Notes: generated by a model from the sequence alone, not told the origin. Positions 1-13,202 are shown, counted from the stretch's first letter. The stretch: 64,000 bases of DNA from Octopus vulgaris (GCA_951406725.2 OX597822.1:15252001-15316000); one strand, 5' to 3'. Made by a program: numbers and translations.

Positions 1-102
1 AGGTATTTTTAATATGCTGGCCATTGATAAAATTTTTTTTCGTGACAATAATTTTATTTCGAAAAGAATTTTATCCTCACATTTGATGAAAGTGTATTGT
101 GG

Positions 103-137
103 TTGTCGACCGGTTTCGCTTTCGCTAATCTTGACAT
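103..137 (-). ncRNA. Degenerate type-I hammerhead ribozyme (PLE-associated)
   Basis: Minus strand reads TGTC-aagatta-GC GAAA GC-GAAA-CCGG-TC/GACA. Stem I TGTC/GACA, stem II GC-GAAA-GC, palindromic stem III ACCGGT and a GUC site are present. The CUGAUGA box is decayed to AAGAUUA. Confidence 0.4.
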
Positions 138-890
138 TGAAATTCTTGTAATTTCGTATTTTCTTAAGATTTTAGTCCATGTTCTTTTATGAAAGTTTGT
201 GAATGAAACAACAAGCATAATCTAAGGTGTGGTAATTATTGGTAGTTATTACTCGAAATAAAGGAGGTAATTGCTCATTTTTGGGGTGGGGTAAATAACC
301 ATACAACATAAACATAAAAAACAACTAAAGTAGTGAGATAAAATATGTAAAGTAATGGACCCGTGATCATGAATTAGAATATACTAAAATATAATATGCG
401 GTCAAAGTTAGTTTGCTTTAGTAGAAGTAAAACACTCTATACCCAGGGTGAATTATTTAATGATTTAAAATTTTCAATTTTTATAGTATTATTTTGAATG
501 GCAATTGTGATTTCATGTAACCGGTTATTGGAAAAAGACCGTTAGTCGAAAGGACCAATGAAACAAAACCATTTCAAATGTGTATATATCAACGTAATTG
601 TATATTTATGCATATAACCATATTTTGTTCCCTTCTCAACCTAAACTGTCAGACAAACGGGGACGTGAAACATTCAGTAATAGATTTTTGTGATGTCTTT
701 GCAGCTTTATTAATATATCATATTACTCTACGTCCGGTGTTTGAGTACTATTTTTCCACCTTGTTTCACATTTATGTGCTTACACCTCTGTTGAAGGGGA
801 AATAACCCGTACTCATTAACGGTTTTCGTATTCCGCGGGTTCTGAGCGTTTCCTCACCTCTGCGATGCAGAGATTTGAAAATTCTGTATT

Positions 891-957
891 CATATAGTCT
901 GACGAGATGTCTAGAAGGCTTTAGCTTTGTGAGTGCGAAACTATAGATAACTCTATG
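891..957 (+). ncRNA. Type-I hammerhead ribozyme motif
   Basis: CATATAGT-CTGACGA-G...C-GAAA-CTATAG-ATA-ACTCTATG. Core boxes are intact, stem I pairs 7/8, and stem III is palindromic (CTATAG) with an apparent 1-nt insertion before the cleavage triplet. A (TAA)n tract follows. Confidence 0.5.
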
Positions 958-978
958 TCCAAGATATAAAATTTTGTT

Positions 979-979
<1 letters not shown>

Positions 980-1020
<41 letters not shown>
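980..1020. repeat. (TAA)n microsatellite
   Basis: Directly visible. Confidence 0.95.
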
Positions 1021-1034
1021 TATATACAGACACA

Positions 1035-1161
1035 CAGGATGTCCACAAAGTCTGGGTAGATGGGGATTAACACATACTTTAAAAAATTATTATTCCTTAT
1101 ATTTAATTGTTTATGTTATGATTTTAATTACTCCATGTTGCCAGACTTTGTGGACACCCTG
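1035..1161. mobile_element. Tc1/mariner-type MITE (127 bp)
   Basis: TIRs CAGGATGTCCACAAAGTCTGG / CCAGACTTTGTGGACACCCTG (1 mismatch in 21). Right flank is TA, left flank is CA. AT-rich non-coding core. Confidence 0.75.
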
Positions 1162-1177
1162 TATATATATATTATTT

Positions 1178-1302
1178 GTGTAGTAAGAAGTTTGCTTTAG
1201 TCCCACTGCGTGGAATCTTGGGCAAGTGTCTTTTAGCATAACAGCGAACCGACTGAAGACTTGTGTGTGGATTTGGTAAGCAGAATCTGAAAGAAGCCCA
1301 TC

Positions 1303-1336
<34 letters not shown>

Positions 1337-1440
1337 TTTGTTTCCCATCACCTTTTAACGACTGGTATTGTTGTGTTTACATCCTCGTAACTTAACGTTT
1401 CAGTAAAAGAGACCAATAGAATAAGTACCAGGTTTTAAAG
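1178..1440 (+). mobile_element. tRNA-derived SINE family A (CORE-like), partial
   Basis: Shares AGTCCCACTGCGTGG..CTTGGGCAAGTGTCTT..GGATTTGGTA..CTGAAAGAAGCCC-(TG)n-..AGAATAAGTAC with the copy at 33744. Confidence 0.8.
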
Positions 1441-3693
1441 AGAAAGAGATGCGGGCGTTGATTCGATTCTTTATTCGGCGAGGTTGGTTTTGCTTGTTTG
1501 GAGATGAGGTGTGGTGTCTCGCTTTGTCTCTGCTTAGTCTTTTCATGCCTGTTTTCTTGGCACGTTTAATTCCATCATCTCTAAGTGAGGGTGGAGAGTG
1601 TCCCTCAGTTAGTGTTGTTCTGAAATGTTGAAGACGGACGTCCTGACTATTTCCATTGAGTGATTACATTTCTTCGAGTCGATGCTGGGGGTTTTACTGG
1701 TTGGAAATTCCGTAGAATTCATTTATCTTTTCACCTGTGCTATATGAATACATGATGTGGTTCTAGAGTCGGTTTTGATGCCTATTTCTGGCATGGTGGT
1801 GCCTCTTAGGTACCCTTGATCATAATTATATTTATATTATTATATTTATATTATTATATACCTACAATAATTATTACCAGGTGTAATAACTTGTCCTGTA
1901 CTTTTTCAAGTTTATAATCTTAAGAATATTACTTTGCATGCTCGTATTTTTCCATGTAATCCATGATTTTTCCAGGCATTGCTGTTATAAGCTAATTAAT
2001 AATGTGACAATTAATAATTTTGGATTTTACCGTATAAAATACTGGGTGGGGGGAATTCCGTAGAAGCAAGTAAGGATGAAGCAATGCGCGCGCGTGTGTG
2101 TGTCTTAGTTGGGAACTAATATGATGAGTAAAAAGACTAGAATTTCGTGCAAAAACATTTACTAAACTAAAGAATGTTTATCCATTGTTTTGAATACATA
2201 CGAATATAACATTATTGGTCAAAGTTCTTAATAATTCATGAATGTAAGTACACCTCTGTATCTGCACCCATAGTGGTGTTTCTAATGTGCTTAGTCGACA
2301 GCGATCGAAAATTATTGAAATTTTAGATTTTTCTGCTTTCAGACTCTCGCGGGAGTCATACCGTATCTACTATCGCAATTATAGCGAAAGTAAACTCCTT
2401 TCAGTGAATATGTAGTGTTAAATAGAATCTACAACATCGCTCGATATTAACTACCACCTGGTTTATACTAGAAGTTGCTTCTTTCTATATGTGTGAAAAG
2501 TTAGTCAGTCGACATCGCATTTGTTTCACACAGAAATGATTACTGACTGCATTAACCTTCATTTTACCACATCAAACAAAAGATCGATACTTGATGTTCT
2601 CCTTAATCAAGTGAAATTATATTTAATTACAACACAGATACTTGTAACGGATATCTTTTGTATTTGTCTAGACATGTTCTATCAGCAGGAGTTTATCAAC
2701 GATAAACCACGTTTAAATAAATCTGACAGTTTCCTACTGCGAAATCAAGATAAGATATTCTTATTGTTGACTTCTCAAGACCAATATCTTAAACAAATAA
2801 ATCATGAATATATTCTTTATTGGCATTGAAAGATTAATTTTTCAAATTAGGTTTTGCAACTATATTCTTAGTCATAAATAAGCTTGAATTTCAATTGGTG
2901 AAATTTCCAATGAGAATATAATTTGTCAGTATATTTAGTAGGTATAAATAATAAAGATGTATTATTTTGCCGGTCAACGAGATTAATCGAAGTTTTAGAG
3001 TTCCGTCTATCAGCTAAAAGTGTTAACTAGTTATCTGTGAAGCTACGGAGGAGAGGATTCTATGTCGTGGCTGGACCGGCTAAAATAGAAGACAAATCTT
3101 CAAATCACCCTAACATACTGTATGAGTACCGGTTGAATTGTTTTAGGTACAATGGAAATAAAGCAAGTCTGCTCTGTTATGTCAGGCACGGGTTTCAACA
3201 ACAACGAAGATAAAACTGATTACTTAAGAATGATTCTATTCTATGCTTCTGTCAAATACCCTAAGTCCCCAAAGGAGTTTGGCAGTAAGAATATGGCGGC
3301 AAGACACAACTAACCTCTGATAAACCATCTTTTATTGAGAGGTTTTTCTCCATTAATTGTCATACAACGTCAATCGTATTCTCAATGACATAGAGGAGCA
3401 ACTCTTTATAAATTCATTAGATTTGTAATCCTCTATAGACATAGGATGATTTCAAAACAGATAAAGGTCGTCAAAGCCAGAATAATAAGCAATGCGGCAT
3501 TACAACATAAACTGTTTTATACACAGAGGTGAAACTGAGGAATTCGCGGAAATCTTTCTTGATAACAATTCGTAATCAGATGTGACATTCAATAATGTAA
3601 GTATTTCTTTAAAAATGGAATCTATTAACTACAATTCCATTGTCTAGCATTTATGAAGACGAAGTCTTTAGAATTACAGCGAGTGATTATGTT

Positions 3694-3896
3694 CTACTTG
3701 TTTCAGTAATCAGACTGTGGTCATGCTGGGGCACGCCTTGATGTATTTTTAGTTGAATGAATCGGCCCAGGTACATGATTTTTAAAGGCTCTTGCTCATT
3801 TAAAGAATCTTGCTCTTTTGCCGAGCCACTTAGTTATGGGAATATAAATCCATGAACACCGGTTTTCAAACCGGTGGGACACACAATCACACAGTA

Positions 3897-3992
<96 letters not shown>

Positions 3993-4170
3993 ATGTACAC
4001 TCCGGGCTTCATTTACTTTCCCGTTTTCCCGTTTACGAAATCCACTCTCCAGGCTTTGGTCAGCCTGATACTAGAGTAGAAGACGCAAACCCATAGTGTC
4101 ATGCAGTGGGACTGAACCTGGAATCAACTGGATAGGAAGCAGACTCTCTACCACACACCACACCTGCCCC
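3694..4170 (-). mobile_element. SINE family A, near full length, internal (TA)/(TG) expansion
   Basis: Reverse complement of the family A sequence at 33744-34108. Confidence 0.8.
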
Positions 4171-4977
4171 TCTACACCTACACAGATTGGCTTTTGTTGA
4201 AACCTTATACCATATGGGTAAGAGAAAATATTACTTTCGCTGAAAATTAAGACTAAGGGAGAGAACTAACCGTATTTGGTGTTCCATGGATATCGTCCCG
4301 GAAAATAAATAGGCCGATGTAAGTGTATAAATGCAAACAGTGGAAGATATTAACAATGAAGAGTGTAGAAATGTAGTTATTAAAATAAGCCTGCCTACAT
4401 CGTATATGCACATGTTTGTGAATGGGGGGGGGGGGAGCTATTGAATAAATGAAGACGAAGGCAATTATATGGGAAAATGGGGATCATTGTGTTTGTTGGG
4501 GTAGAAATTTTCAATCGTTCTCAGACAGTAAATGCATTTCTTTTTTATTTTCAATCTGACTCTTACAATATTAACCGATGAGTCTTGAATGATAAAAAAT
4601 ACCAAACAATTTCTCCTGGAGATAATGATCTAATAAATACAAAAAATAATTACTGAATACAACAATTAATTAGCAGTCGGAAGGATCATATTTTCAACTT
4701 CTTGTCCATTTCGTTTGAATCTATTTACATAGATTATTGTAGCCCAAGGGGTTTATTTTTAAAAATATGTGTTTCAGTGCATGCCATGTTAGCGTCGCCA
4801 TTCTCTTCGAGTATGGTAAGCTGCTAGCAGACTTGTGACATGTTCCTCCGCTCTTTGTTTTTAATACCTGCTGGATATGCAGATTCTCCCAGTAAATGTA
4901 TGTTACCTGAAAAGTGGAACAGCCGTGTTGACCACCACCCGACCACAGAATAGATTTTGCCAGGTTATATGATGTAA

Positions 4978-5388
4978 CGGCGAGCTGGCAGAAACGTCAT
5001 CACGTCGGGCGAAATGCTTAGAGGTATTTCGTCTGTCGTTATGTTCTGAGTTCAAATTCCGCCGAGGTCGACTTTACCTTTCATCCTTTCGGGGTCGATA
5101 AATTAAGTACCAGTTACGCACTGGGGTCAATGTAATCGACTTAATACCTATGTCTGTCCTTGTTTGTCCCCTCTACGTTTAGCCCCTTGTGGGTAATAAA
5201 GAAATAGGTATTTCGTCTGTCGTTATGTTCTGAGTTCAAATCCCGCCGAGGTCGACTTTGCCTTTCTCTTTTTGGGGTCGATAAATTAAATACCAGTTTC
5301 GCACTGGGGTCGATGTAATCGACTTAATCCGCTTGTCTGTCCCTGTTTGTCCCCTCTATGTTTAGCCCCTTGTGCGCAGTAAAGAAAT
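4978..5388 (+). mobile_element. tRNA-derived SINE family B, tandem dimer
   Basis: A box TGGCAGAAACG and B box GAGTTCAAATTCC. The body GGTATTTCGTCTG...AAAGAAATA is repeated twice head-to-tail. Confidence 0.85.
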
Positions 5389-6228
5389 ATATATGATGTA
5401 ACCAACAGCATATAACTTGAGTAGGCATATATTTCTGAGATATAATTTAATTAAACAATATCCATGTAACCTTATTTATTTTCCGTTGTACTGTCTTTAG
5501 TTTTGGATTATCTGCAGTTATTTCGGAAGCTATATCGGTGGCAGCTTCATTTCGATAAGTATTACAGTATTGGTTGACATCCAATAGCAACAAGAAGGTA
5601 TTGAAATAATCTGCGGCAATAAATCAGGTGAAGGAAATAAAAGAATTTCGAAAATGGATACAGGAACATATTAAAGGAAAGGTAAAACATATAACAGAAA
5701 TGAATCAATCACAAAACGTGTATGCATGCGTTGTGTACAGATTTATATGTTTGAGATGCGCACGCTTGTGTGTATGAGTGTGTGTACGGGCACATTCAAA
5801 CACAGGAGATATTAATGCAGTCCTTCAGCACAGACAACTATGAGGTCTGATGTAAATGAATATTTTAGATCGGACAGTAGAGATCACGAGGAAATGCGGC
5901 AACGTATCTACTGCTTATTATAATACGCTTCGTTATAGTCAGAAATCTTAGAGGAAACATCTGTTTACATTTTCAAAGAAAGAGGTATTGTGCAGATATA
6001 CAAAGTCAATCAGAAAACCAATAAAAACATGATGGATGTACATATACCAAGTAATGGTTACGAAAGGAAAACAAAACATTGAGAGAGTGCACGTATTTTA
6101 ATATTTTTTAAATTTTATATATTTTATTTTATTCATGTATTTTATGCTTTGATTCCTTAGAATTGGGATGACACTGCACGAAACTAGAGTAGGAGAAATA
6201 ACGTGAAATAACACAGCACGAGATATAC

Positions 6229-6301
<73 letters not shown>

Positions 6302-6548
6302 TATATACATATACATATATATAATGTGTGTATATATACGCACAAACATCCATATATATATATATATATATGTATATATAGCTACATACAAATCGATATG
6401 TATATATCCAGCCATACGTATTTATACATTTACATGTGCATTTCTACATATATATCATACATTTACACATACATGAATATAAATAAAAAAGAACACCCAC
6501 ACAAGCACATGCATGCACACATACATTCATGTATGTAAGTATATATTT

Positions 6549-6594
<46 letters not shown>

Positions 6595-7309
6595 AGGTAT
6601 ATATATATATATATTTGTAGGTATATATGTGCGTGTGTCTAAGTATTTTCATGCATATAAGTATATGTATGTGTGCGTGCTTGTCATTTTTCGTTTTAAC
6701 ATTATGTAACTTACATATATACGTACATGCGTGTGTTCGTGTGTGTGTGTGTGTGTGTATGTGTGTGTGTGTGCATGCTCACACATAGATTTCCGTTTGG
6801 AAACAAGGAATGCAGTACATGATGTAAGAAGAACAAAAATATAGAAAAAATAACGGTATGAATAAATAAACATTTCTCAACAATGCGACATGAATAATTT
6901 CAAGCACATATGATCTTCCATATTTCTGTTCTTTTAGGAATTGTTCGCATATCATGTCCGATACTTTTTATTCCGTTTGCTTCCCGTCCCGCAGTATTAG
7001 TTCCATCATAAACAGTCTGAAAATACATAGGAGTAGCAAAGAAAGGAGACACCTAATTCAAAGATTAACTACCAAATAATATTACTTAATTCATTTAAAC
7101 ACACGCCCAGATGCCCAGAGCCACACGGACAATCACACACGTACATACACACTTATATGGGCTAAAATGATGGAAACACCTAAGTTATTGAATCTTCAAA
7201 CACTCTATCAAGCCTTTCTTTCTTAAAATAATTTGCGATGTATGCTTTTGGATCTTCAGTAAATGGGTGACAATTCGAAACTGTTAACAATTATTCATAC
7301 ATACATAAA

Positions 7310-8230
7310 TACGAATAGCCAGATTACTACCTCCCACTTTGAAGGGTACGCGCTTGCAATCCAGGAACAGGAAATATCAACCAAGTACCTTATGGAAAAA
7401 AGGGATAGAGATGCGGGAAAAGCCGTAAAATATGACAACCGATGCAGACTTTGTGGAGTTCACACTGAAGATATCACCCACATCATGAGCAGTTGTCCGA
7501 AAATGTCATCACGGTATCATCTACCGAGGAGACAAGGCCTTGTAGCTAGGACACTCTATAATGAAATCCGTCGGAAGGATAATCCTGAGGACAATGAAAT
7601 AAAAACCCACTATATGGTAGAAGCCGTAACCACTCAAAAAGTAAAGGAACACTGGTGGAATAAACCACTGAAGATCTCAATAAAATGTAAGCACAACAGA
7701 CCTGATATAATGATTTGGGATAGAGAAGAGAAACTGTGTACAGTTGTGGAAATTATCTGCCCAGTGGATGTTAACATAAAGCTGAAGATCAGTGAAAAGG
7801 AGAATATCTACGCTGAACTATTGAGAAATCTGCAGTTACTCTATCGAGATTACAAGTTCAGATTTATAGCTGTAATTATAGGGGCCCTGGGATATGTAAA
7901 ACACTGCCTAAATAACAATCGTGAGAAATTAGGCTTCTCAAAACCGGGAAAGGAGAAAGCTACAGATCCTATCCATCACTGGAACTGTAAAAATATGTAA
8001 AACATACCAGATGTTTATCATTTAAATATATATGAGCATGTCTAGATATGGAACTATATACATGAGAATACATTCATAAATCAAAACATGCAAATCTGCA
8101 TACATACATACAAACATACAAACAAATAAAAATACCCTGTTGTTTAAATTTCAATGAAGGAATCTTGGATCTAGGTTAGAAACCGGTTCTTTCTCTATTG
8201 GCAAGAAATCTTGAGACAACCTGAATAATG
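7310..8230 (+). mobile_element. 5'-truncated R4/Dong-clade non-LTR retrotransposon (CCHC knuckle + RLE endonuclease + 3'UTR)
   Basis: ORF 7263-8000 contains EGYALAIQEQEI, CRLCGVHTEDITHIMSSC, NRPDIMIWD..VVEIICP and EKENIY..IIGALG. The end is frameshifted. Flanked by (CATA)n-type repeats. Confidence 0.88.
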
Positions 8231-8302
8231 ACATGCATACGTACATATATACACACACATACATACATACATACACACATACATACGTACATAATACATT
8301 AC

Positions 8303-8682
8303 GGCTGCCCCCTCGTTATCGAGTACGGCCATTGCAGGAAGCTTAACTGTTACTGGTGCTGTGATCGAATGTGACTTTTTAGCCCAGCTAAAGATCTACA
8401 ATGTCTTTTCAGGTCACTTTCGAGTGCTACTGGTAACATGTGACTCAGAACAACCTGTTGCATGGTCGGGTCTTCGGCGACTAAACCGGCAACCCCACCA
8501 AGCTTGCTTGGTGAGGAGAGTGTTTATTGGACACCCTGCGGGATGAAAAACAAAACCCATCAAAGGGCGGAGGAACTCTTGAGAGTCAACGGCCATCCAA
8601 TAAATGTGTTTTTTTTTTCGTTTTTTTTTCTTCTTAAGGCTTAAGGTTGTATCATGCACGAGGAAATAGAAATAATCGGACA
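8303..8682. mobile_element. RTE-derived non-autonomous element: inverted RTE 3' end fused to an RTE-like 5'UTR
   Basis: 8303-8450 minus encodes RHCRSLAGLKSHIRSQHQ* followed by a tail matching 46428-46471. About 8520-8605 plus is nearly identical to 46048-46133. Confidence 0.7.
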
Positions 8683-8769
8683 TAATACATACACACATAC
8701 ATACACACATTCATACGCATACATATGTATATACATGCATACATAGATACATGCATTTTTGAAAATCTT

Positions 8770-9088
8770 TCTTTTACTTGTTTCAATCATTAGACTGCGG
8801 CCATGCTACAGCTCCGACTTGAATTTTTAGTCGAATGTATCGATCCAATTACTTATTTTAGTTTTTAAAACGTGCTACTTATTTGGTCGGGCGCTTTTGC
8901 TGAACCGCTAATTTACGGGGACGTATACACACCAGTACGGGTAGTCAAGTGGTGGTGGTGGGGCAAATCCAGATACAGCCACACACGCACATAGAGATAT
9001 ATATGCATATATGCGACGGGCTTCTTTCAGTTTCCGTTTACTTAATCCACTCCCAAGGCTTTTGTCTGCCTGAAGCCTATAGTAGAAG
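8770..9088 (-). mobile_element. SINE family A, 5' truncated
   Basis: TACTTGTTTCAATCATTAGACTGCGGCCATGCT...GGGCTTCTTTCAGTTTCCG is the reverse complement of family A. Confidence 0.8.
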
Positions 9089-10429
9089 TATGTATGTATG
9101 TATGTATGTATGCATGTATGTATGTATGTATGTGTGTATGTATGTATGTATGTATGTATGTATAATTATGTACAGTTTTCACTAGTCACCCATTTACTGA
9201 AGGTCACAAAGTATACATTGAGATAGAGTATGGTAATTTATTTTCTGAAAGGAATGTTTGACAGAGCCGTGTAGTGTACCATCGTTTATGTCTGGTCAGA
9301 AAGTTTCCATTGGTTTGACGTCAACTATGACACTTAGCAATAGAGGCGACGCATCAGACCTACTTCCCGGAGGCAAATCTCTTTACTAACAGAGGGAAAC
9401 ATACAGGCTTGTTCCGCTTAGCTGTGAAAAACCCTGGAACAAAAACAGGAAAAGAAAACATTCTGAGAGGAAGGGAGTTACCACCCCTCGAAGGATACCA
9501 ATTGCATCCGGAATAAGTTATTTTGTGTATGGTTTTCCCTTTACTAGTCCGTAAACGAGAGGGAGCGCATGTACAAAACATTTTTTTCATCATGAGGGCA
9601 CCGACTAACAATTTCACTTTCTAACAATTTCACAATCGACCGATTTCTTTAGAGTCATTTTCCTCTCGGCCAAGCAATGTTTGCACAGTCTGGTTCACTT
9701 GAGGTATGCCTAGGTTCTTCCAGAAGCATATATTTAACTCTGTATGGCGTTCCCTGATATTTTAAACGTCATATAAAGCAGCAACAATAACGTAAGGAAA
9801 CACGCACGAAATCATGCTGAAACAGCGATGGAACTTTAACTAAATAATGACAGGTGCTCTGTAAGGATCTCAGGGAGGGGCAGCGTTATATCATTAGCCA
9901 TCAGTTATCATCCTTGATAACAATATTATTACAGTTTTAAAAATTTTATTCAGACATTAGATTCTAGCTTTTTTGTGTTTTAAGTCTGAATGCGAGATTA
10001 GATTATTGAAGGACAAACAGTGGTTGGGGAGATAATCGATGAAGAGAAGCAGAGATTATCTGAGGTCTATTTATTATAGTCTCAATCAGATTTTCACTCT
10101 CATTGAATCACAGTGAGAGTGAAATAGGAGCTGGAATGTATCTCATAATATATAAAACACTACAGAACACACTACACAGGAACGGCAATCTGTTTGGAAG
10201 AGAATTTTTAGTAAAATAATACGTTTATTCGAATCTGATAAAAGAACTGCAACGGCCCAGTAAATATAGAATCATGAGGGTTCATGTTCCAATTTAATAC
10301 GCCTAAAACTTGTTTCTAAGTTTATCATTCCCATATTTCTCTCTCTCTCGTTGTCTTTGCTCAAAATGGTCTGATCGCGAAGCTAGTCTAGAAATATCAT
10401 TGCACGCAAGAAATATGATAATATATAAA

Positions 10430-11000
10430 AGTCAGTTAAACGATTCTAAAACTTTTCGCTGCCGAAAAAATACTATTCTTTGGCTATGAACTACATGAAC
10501 AGCAAAATAATCAAGTCCTAGATGTACGATTAATTAAGATAACATGTAGTCAAAGTGAAATGAATGGAAATTGGTGCAACCTATTAGACGATCGTTTGGC
10601 TAAATGAAGTTAGGATTAAGATTATTTCAGAATCGTTTGTGTCGATTGATAATCAAAGGGAAATTGATATTCTCAAGATCAAATTATATATGATCAGTAG
10701 TAACGTAATGAATTGCTAATTCAATGTGTTAGGAAAGCAAGAAAATACAGCAATAAAAGATAAAAGATGAAATTGTTGATAACGGCTTTGTGATACACGA
10801 ACTCGGAGTGATAGATGTAGAAGACATAATTGGAATTATGTGCTGCTCATATAAAACAGGCACAGCCTTCAAATGGTTTACATGTGGTATTTTACTACGA
10901 CTCTGATTTGATCTACAATTTCCACAACTCCTGGCAAATAGTTGCCGAACGCCAAACTGGCTGCTTTGAAGTAGATTCTCAGTACTTCGTAAAGTTTTCA
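10430..11000 (+). pseudogene. Highly decayed Ty3/Gypsy-like RT/RNase H remnant
   Basis: KILFFGYEL resembles the end of Gypsy RT. QAQPSNGLHVVFYYDSDL resembles RNase H Q..DG.LHPVAYYSRKL. Many stops and frameshifts. Confidence 0.35.
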
Positions 11001-11384
11001 TTGTGTGTAGGAACTACGTATTCTATTATTTCTATTAGCTTTCCAATTTTGTCCTGTGATAAATACGAACATGCTAATAGCATTTTACGATCATATATTT
11101 AATACAAGTACATAATACATATAGCTATTAGGTATTCCTATTAAATATTATCGTTGACGACCCTGTAAACTGCACACTCTATCTTAAATAAGAATATGGA
11201 TATAGAACTGATTAATAATATACATTAACACGCTTTATTGTCCCTACGAAGCGCTATCGCATTGGTGTATGTGCGTTTGGTGGTGCAGGTGTGTATATAT
11301 TCGTTTAGTGGCGTTGCACATCGATTTCGAATTCGAATACGCATCCAATTTTTCGATCAAATGGAAAAAAAATATTGAATTAAT

Positions 11385-11682
11385 ATATATAATGAAATTA
11401 TTGTATACAGTGCTCAGGTGCACCACAACTTGTCAAAAGTGCGTATAAAGCATATGTAGTAATGTACAAATGTCTGGGAAGTGAACAGTGTATGAGTCAG
11501 ATACATGCTTGCGTGTGTATGGAGGGGAGAAAATCAGGTGTAGTGTTGGCAAATCTCAGGAAGCATGGAAGTTTTGAAGGATGCAGTGCTCCGACAACTA
11601 ACAACTGATGCCGGCAGTTTGTTCCATGCTTCAGCAACTCTTAGCATAAAAAACATGTTTCCGAAAGTCATGGGAGCTGTGC
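11385..11682 (-). mobile_element. CR1/L2-type LINE 3' end (ORF2 C-terminus + 3'UTR)
   Basis: FFMLRVAEAWNKLPASVVSCRSTASFKTSM matches the FF..RV...WN.LP..VV...S...FK motif. Confidence 0.75.
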
Positions 11683-12521
11683 CTGATGGAGGGTATTCTC
11701 TTGGTTGCACGTCACTGAACGGCGTCCAGACGATTACTATCCTGGGCAAGATAGGAGTTCCAGACCGGAGATGCAAATTCCGGGTGAGGTCGCACTATAG
11801 CTATATAAAGCCGCAGATAGATAGCCGGAGAGCGGCTCACAAAGGACTTGGTGAGTGATGTCACTTAATGTTTAAGTTAGTCGAGTTTTTCAAAGAGACA
11901 CATAACTGTTGCCGGCTTTCTAACAAGTTGAAGTGTGACTATGGTGCACGACGGAATTACCGGCAGAGTCCATCAATCCTTTTACTTAGTTTCCGTTCAT
12001 TCAATTTCATTCACAAGCATTTTGTTGTAAAAGACTCGAGATGCCAGGCAATGGGCAAAACGAACTGACCATTCATTAACCCACAACTGTCTACAGAGAC
12101 GCACATGCATATCGGCACACACACAAACACAAACATACAGGTGTACACATATTTATTACAGGTATATATAAATGTGTGTCACAGAAAAGAAATATAGTTT
12201 ATACACACATTAACAATATATCAGGAAATTTTCTTTACGTCTTTCGAAGATATTTAATGAGACGAAGTGAAGTTAGCAGACACAATTCAGACTTAAGGAA
12301 ATTGACATGACTTAAAATAGAATATATCCATAGTTGAAAGTTTGGTGGTTCATTCCCACCCAGGGAAGATGTGATTCTATACTTTTCAGGACGGCGTCCC
12401 AGCATGGCGGTAATCTAGCGTTTGAAACAAGTAAAAGGGAAAAGATTTTCATATATACAAATATACATATACACATACATTCACACACACACAAGTATGC
12501 ACGCGCACACATACACACTCT

Positions 12522-12660
<139 letters not shown>

Positions 12661-12689
12661 TAGAGAGATTTTACCTTCAGCAGGTAGAA

Positions 12690-13035
12690 GAGTAAATGTA
12701 AGAATAAGGGCGTTGTGCAGGTCGATATACAAAAAATATTAAGTACCTTTAATAAACCAGGTGATGACGTCTCCTGCGCAATTCCAGAGTGGAAGCTTAA
12801 CGTTAGTTCTAGCAAGAAGTAGAATACGGTCAATGATGCAATTACTAATTCTACCTAAGTCCAATTTGGTGCTGCAGATGAGTCTAATGGAAATCTTAGA
12901 ATAGAAGTTGGACTTGTGATCCTTCAGAGTAAATTGGGGCGTTTTAGACGTATGAGGTTGAGTTCTATTTTGTAAATTTATATCAGCAATGGGCTTACAA
13001 TGGATTAGTATATGCTTCCAAGGGAAGGGAGTAAA
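12690..13035 (-). pseudogene. Penelope-like element RT N-terminal fragment
   Basis: FTLKDHKSNFYSKISIRLICSTKLDLGRISNCIIDRI...LWNCAGDVITWF resembles the PLE TLKDHK..RLINP.KSE.G.ISK.ILD.I..QW.N...VI.WF pattern. Confidence 0.7.
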
Positions 13036-13064
13036 GATTGTCAATTTTCTCCGAAAAGACATGC

Positions 13065-13202
13065 ACGTGATACTTATTTAATCGACTCCGAAATGATGAA
13101 AGGCAAAGTCGACCTCGGCGGAATTTGAATTAAAAACGTAACGGCAGACGAAATACGGCTACGCATTTCGCCCGGCGTGCTAGCGATTCTGCTAGCTCGC
13201 CG

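Noticed and set aside
2521-2829. 102-aa ORF
   Set aside because: AT-rich, with no recognisable motif or convincing splice signals.
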